A stretch of 56,008 bases of DNA, the filler included, from Platydemus manokwari (lineage: Eukaryota), in the NCBI GenBank assembly GCA_037951405.1. It is 4 parts of 4 records of this genome, joined end to end, with 100 filler letters (N's around TTAATTAATTAA, not from the genome) between each part and the next. Parts side by side here need not be neighbours in the genome. Positions count along the whole stretch, not along the records: positions 43,793 to 56,008 come from JBBMOY010243338.1; 3 more parts are not named here. One strand, given 5' to 3'. Numbering within the stretch: position 1 is the first letter of the stretch; every line of letters starts with the position of its first letter. Shown here in pieces: positions 52,321 to 56,008 of this stretch. The notes beneath the pieces were generated by a model, which saw only the letters and a list, made by a program, of their open reading frames with translations, had not been told where the DNA came from and made no database searches. Made by a program: the position numbers and the translations under genes.

Positions 52321-53929
52321 AGTATAATATAGGAATATTTACCCAATTATAAACATATAAAAAACGTATCTTATATAAATAAAATAAACGCTAGGTCATT
52401 TTGCAGTTGGTCGGGTAGAGCTTCGTAAAGAACAATTTCATCAGCAATAACATTCCAATAATAAATATTAATATATTATGTATCAGTTAGTATTAATAAT
52501 TTATTCAAACAATGTCTAGATGGAAGGCAAACATATAATTCCCATGTACGATATTGTTGTAATGATATCTTGGATGGAGGTTTGTAATAAAGTTTAGTTT
52601 GATAGAAAATATTCATTAATATAATTTTGATATTCGACCAATTTTATGTGTTGAATGAAAGATCAAGAAAATAATAATTATTGATTTTCCTCAGAAAAAG
52701 TGTGAAAACCGCTGCAACCTTTAACTCATGGAACAAACTCCGCTTCGAGAAATATTTTTACTATTTCCGAAAATATTTTACATAAATGACAAAGGAATTC
52801 GTCAAATGTCTGTGAATTCTATTGTATTTACTTTGTTATAAATAATAAAACCCCATATATTATTGAAAAAAGATATAGATTATCTCATGCCCATTATTGT
52901 TAGCCACAATAAATTATCACCATTGTATTTCAATTATTATATAGACATTAACAGTTTTATGAGTGCCACAACAAAAATAATGAAATAGTTATGTTTTGGT
53001 ATATCAAAACTTTGAAAATCTTAGGGATATTTTTCAAGGGCAATTCACGTACCGGTATATAAGACAATAATGACAGAACAATTAAATCAATTTTTAAACT
53101 GATCAATAAAGAAATAATTGAAAAAATATAGATTGAAATCAACAGGTTATTATGCAGAAAAAATAATACCACAAATCAACAATTGATATTGTGTTGATAA
53201 ATAAAGGAAAAACTCATTCAAATTTTAATTGTTTTCTATTTTAAACTTAAATGAAATGGAAGCAAATGAACTTTCAATTGTCAATCCAATATTGATGTCC
53301 TTTAAGAATATTGAGGTACGCTTTGTTATTATTAAACTAAACAATTATAAATGACATTTTAAGTAATCATAACATTAGGCTGTGAACTAATTGATTTCGA
53401 TATTATAAAACCAAAATATCAAATGACAAATATACAACGATATTTGCTACTTAGTTTCTTGAGTAAATTTCAAGCAAACCGATTGTAAAATTTAGTGCTC
53501 AGAATTATCGATTTCTATAAAGAAAATGGATAGATACACAAAACGTAACACTGCTAAAATCAAAAACCTATGCTAATTTTATTAAAAATTTTGACTTTTA
53601 TGAGTTCGTAGCATTAATTACTTCAAATCAGAGATTTAACAGACACGCAATTGAGACAGAAATCGTATTTGGTAATAAACCGATTTTATTATAGAAAATT
53701 TCCACATAATTTTTTAATTTCTTTTATGAAATATTTGAGTTGATTTCCTTTTATTTTGAAAAGAATTTTCTACTTTTCTCATGGCTTTATTTTGTTTATT
53801 TATTAAAAAAAATTATTATTAATTAAAAGTAAAAATTACTTCTTATTAAACCTAACGAAATAAAACATTCAATAATAAGTTAAATATATTATTTTCATTT
53901 TTCGGTTTTTTGCAATGTCAATTTGAACT

Positions 53930-55492
53930 TCAGAATTTCAAAGACACTTCAACGTGTTCCAAAGATTTTTCCTTGTTTTCTTTCACTACAAATACAAATA
54001 ACGGCTTTTCTCGTTGAGAGAAATAACTAATCATTTTCAAATCATCGCCTAGATTTTCGAAAATCTTTGAGTTTACATCACTATTTACCGTTACCAACAA
54101 TCTTCCAGGACCGTCTAAAAGTACAGGCTGGTCTAAATAGATATTATCAAATGTTGTCAGATAAAGTAGATCTCTCCACAATGTCAATTCGACAGAATGA
54201 TTATCGATATCTAAAATCACGAGAGGTTGTTCTGATGATTTATCTTCAGATCTTCTCTGAAATGAAATCTTTAAATTATTCGCCTTAGCAATAGCTTTTG
54301 AATTGATTAAATTCACAGACTTTGAGCAATTCGTTTGTGATGAATATATTCTCATGGCCAGATAATTTGACACGAATTCCTCGAATTCTCGATTTGAACA
54401 CGATTTGAAATTACTAATGTGAAACAGTTTAATTTCTGTCATGTCAGCCACAATGGGACTTAACTTTTCTAAAAGAATTTTCCAGCTCTGCAATTCTTTC
54501 TTCATTGATGTTTCTATGGAAGAGCCATTCACCAATCCTGACAACGCTTCACCTTTTGATAAAGATATCAAATTTTCTGCAATTTCCATCGATACTCGGT
54601 ACTGCGCTTCGACGGTACTTGCTCCAAGATGTGGAGTTGATACCAATTTTGGGTGCTTGATCAAGTCAGTGCACGTTGGAGGTTCTTCTGAGAATACATC
54701 CAAAGCTGCTCCTCCACATTTCCCTGATTCTAAGGCTGTCAATAAATCGGCCTCATTGACAATTCCACCACGAGAACAATTGATAATCTTTACCCCTTTC
54801 TTGCACTTATCAAATGTTTGAAGATTTATGAGATTAAGGGTCTGAGGAATTAGTGGAACATGAACCGTTATATAATCTGCTAATTTCCACAACTCATCTA
54901 ATTCCATCCAATCTACATTGAATTCCTTAGCATCTTCTCGACTCACCAGTGGATCATATCCGATCGTAGTCATTTCAAATGCTTGAGCTCTCACTGCAAC
55001 CTCTCTGCCAATCTTACCTAAGCCTATTATGGCTAGGGTTTTGTGATAAAGCTCTGTTCCCATGAATGTTTTTCGATCCCATTTACCTTGATGCATGCTC
55101 ATATGAGCCTGAGGAATCTGTCTACTGAGACAACACATCAATGCGAAGGTTTGTTCAGCTGCTGAAATGGTGTTTGCGGCAGGAGTATTGATAACCAGTA
55201 ATCCTTTTTCAGTGGAAGTGTTTACATTAATATTATCCACCCCAGTTCCTGCTCTTGCAATGACTTTCAATTTGGAATTTTCATTAGACGTTACGGCTCT
55301 TATAATCTCATCGTCAATTGTTGTTGCTGATCTAACGATTATTGCATCAAAATTTACCAATTCCTTTATCAAATCTGGTTTGGAGTATTTCTTTTCCACA
55401 ACATCAAATCCTGAATCTTTCAAAAGTTGAATTCCATTTTTATCCAGACCATCAGTTGATAATATTCTCGATAATTTGTATTGATTATGCAT
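53930..55492 (-). CDS. PHGDH: D-3-phosphoglycerate dehydrogenase, 520 aa, intronless
   Basis: IVRSAT, ARAGTGVDNI, Rossmann IIGLGKIG, NCSRGGIVNE, ALDVFSEEP and TPHLGASTVEAQ motifs. Divergent C-terminal regulatory region. Confidence 0.96.
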   Translation of the reverse strand: MHNQYKLSRILSTDGLDKNGIQLLKDSGFDVVEKKYSKPDLIKELVNFDAIIVRSATTIDDEIIRAVTSNENSKLKVIARAGTGVDNINVNTSTEKGLLVINTPAANTISAAEQTFALMCCLSRQIPQAHMSMHQGKWDRKTFMGTELYHKTLAIIGLGKIGREVAVRAQAFEMTTIGYDPLVSREDAKEFNVDWMELDELWKLADYITVHVPLIPQTLNLINLQTFDKCKKGVKIINCSRGGIVNEADLLTALESGKCGGAALDVFSEEPPTCTDLIKHPKLVSTPHLGASTVEAQYRVSMEIAENLISLSKGEALSGLVNGSSIETSMKKELQSWKILLEKLSPIVADMTEIKLFHISNFKSCSNREFEEFVSNYLAMRIYSSQTNCSKSVNLINSKAIAKANNLKISFQRRSEDKSSEQPLVILDIDNHSVELTLWRDLLYLTTFDNIYLDQPVLLDGPGRLLVTVNSDVNSKIFENLGDDLKMISYFSQREKPLFVFVVKENKEKSLEHVEVSLKF

Positions 55493-56008
55493 TGTGATTA
55501 ATATACGTACCCGATAACGGTTCTCTATATATATCGAGGAGTGTAAATCAAATTTTCAGTGAAATACACAGGTCAAACTATTATCGAAAAGTCAAAGGTT
55601 ATTTTAGTAATAAAATGTTTATGGTACCATAGAATTCCGAAAATAAATAATCTGAAATCACGTCATCTGAAAAATAATGAAATATTATACAATGGTCTAA
55701 AGTTTCATCCCACGCACTTCAATCGCTGTCACATACACGTAAATATTTATGTATTAAACATTGTTCAACTTCACGAAATGTTATTGAATTATGATAATAA
55801 CTGGTGTTCTGCAATGATTTTGGGTTCGTTTCGTGTCAGGTTTTAAGGATGTCTCGATGTTATCGAATTAGAATAAATCAAGTTGTTCTCATCAATAAAT
55901 GAGTGATCTTCCCAATACTCGGTTGTTTTTAGAATTAAAATAGAACACTTCATGCTATCAGAGAAGATTCTAAAGGGAAATTTATTGCTATTTATGCTAG
56001 TACAAGAA

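Noticed and set aside
54067-55430. Plus-strand ORFs inside PHGDH (likewise 9274-9480, 12676-12924, 20533-20736, 22030-22218)
   Set aside because: Antisense shadows of real coding exons with no independent evidence.
1-56008. tRNA, rRNA, spliced-leader RNA, conserved miRNA and CRISPR arrays
   Set aside because: None recognised by eye. A covariance-model search could still reveal small RNAs.

Overview
Eukaryotic, very AT-rich animal genomic DNA with many ~43-47 nt GT-AG introns and standard-code stops. It is consistent with a flatworm (planarian-like) or similar invertebrate, but the taxon is my inference. Four assembly gaps split the window, three of them with the artificial linker N44-TTAATTAATTAA-N44, so adjacency across them is unverified. 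Genes reconstructed by hand-splicing: a LOTUS/OST-HTH + degenerate extended-Tudor gene (TDRD5/Tejas-like, 2323-5355, +); an intronless noggin-like gene with a 55-aa basic insertion; a 3-exon MARVEL protein; the 3' four exons of a netrin; an SH3BGR with a long acidic repeat tail ending in LIR-like motifs; a Q/P/H-rich exon with a BCL9/Legless HD3-like motif; two kelch-repeat exons; and an intronless PHGDH. Mobile DNA includes an uninterrupted Tc3-like DD34E transposase with IR/DR end, several Tc1/mariner relics, a hAT MITE with 8-bp TSD, three LTR-like relics and a decayed minimal hammerhead ribozyme. I found no unambiguous new multi-gene system. The best leads are the SH3BGR tail, the LOTUS-Tudor gene that the ORF track fragments, the noggin-like insertion with furin sites, the BCL9-like exon, the intronic hammerhead and recurrent RFX X-boxes.
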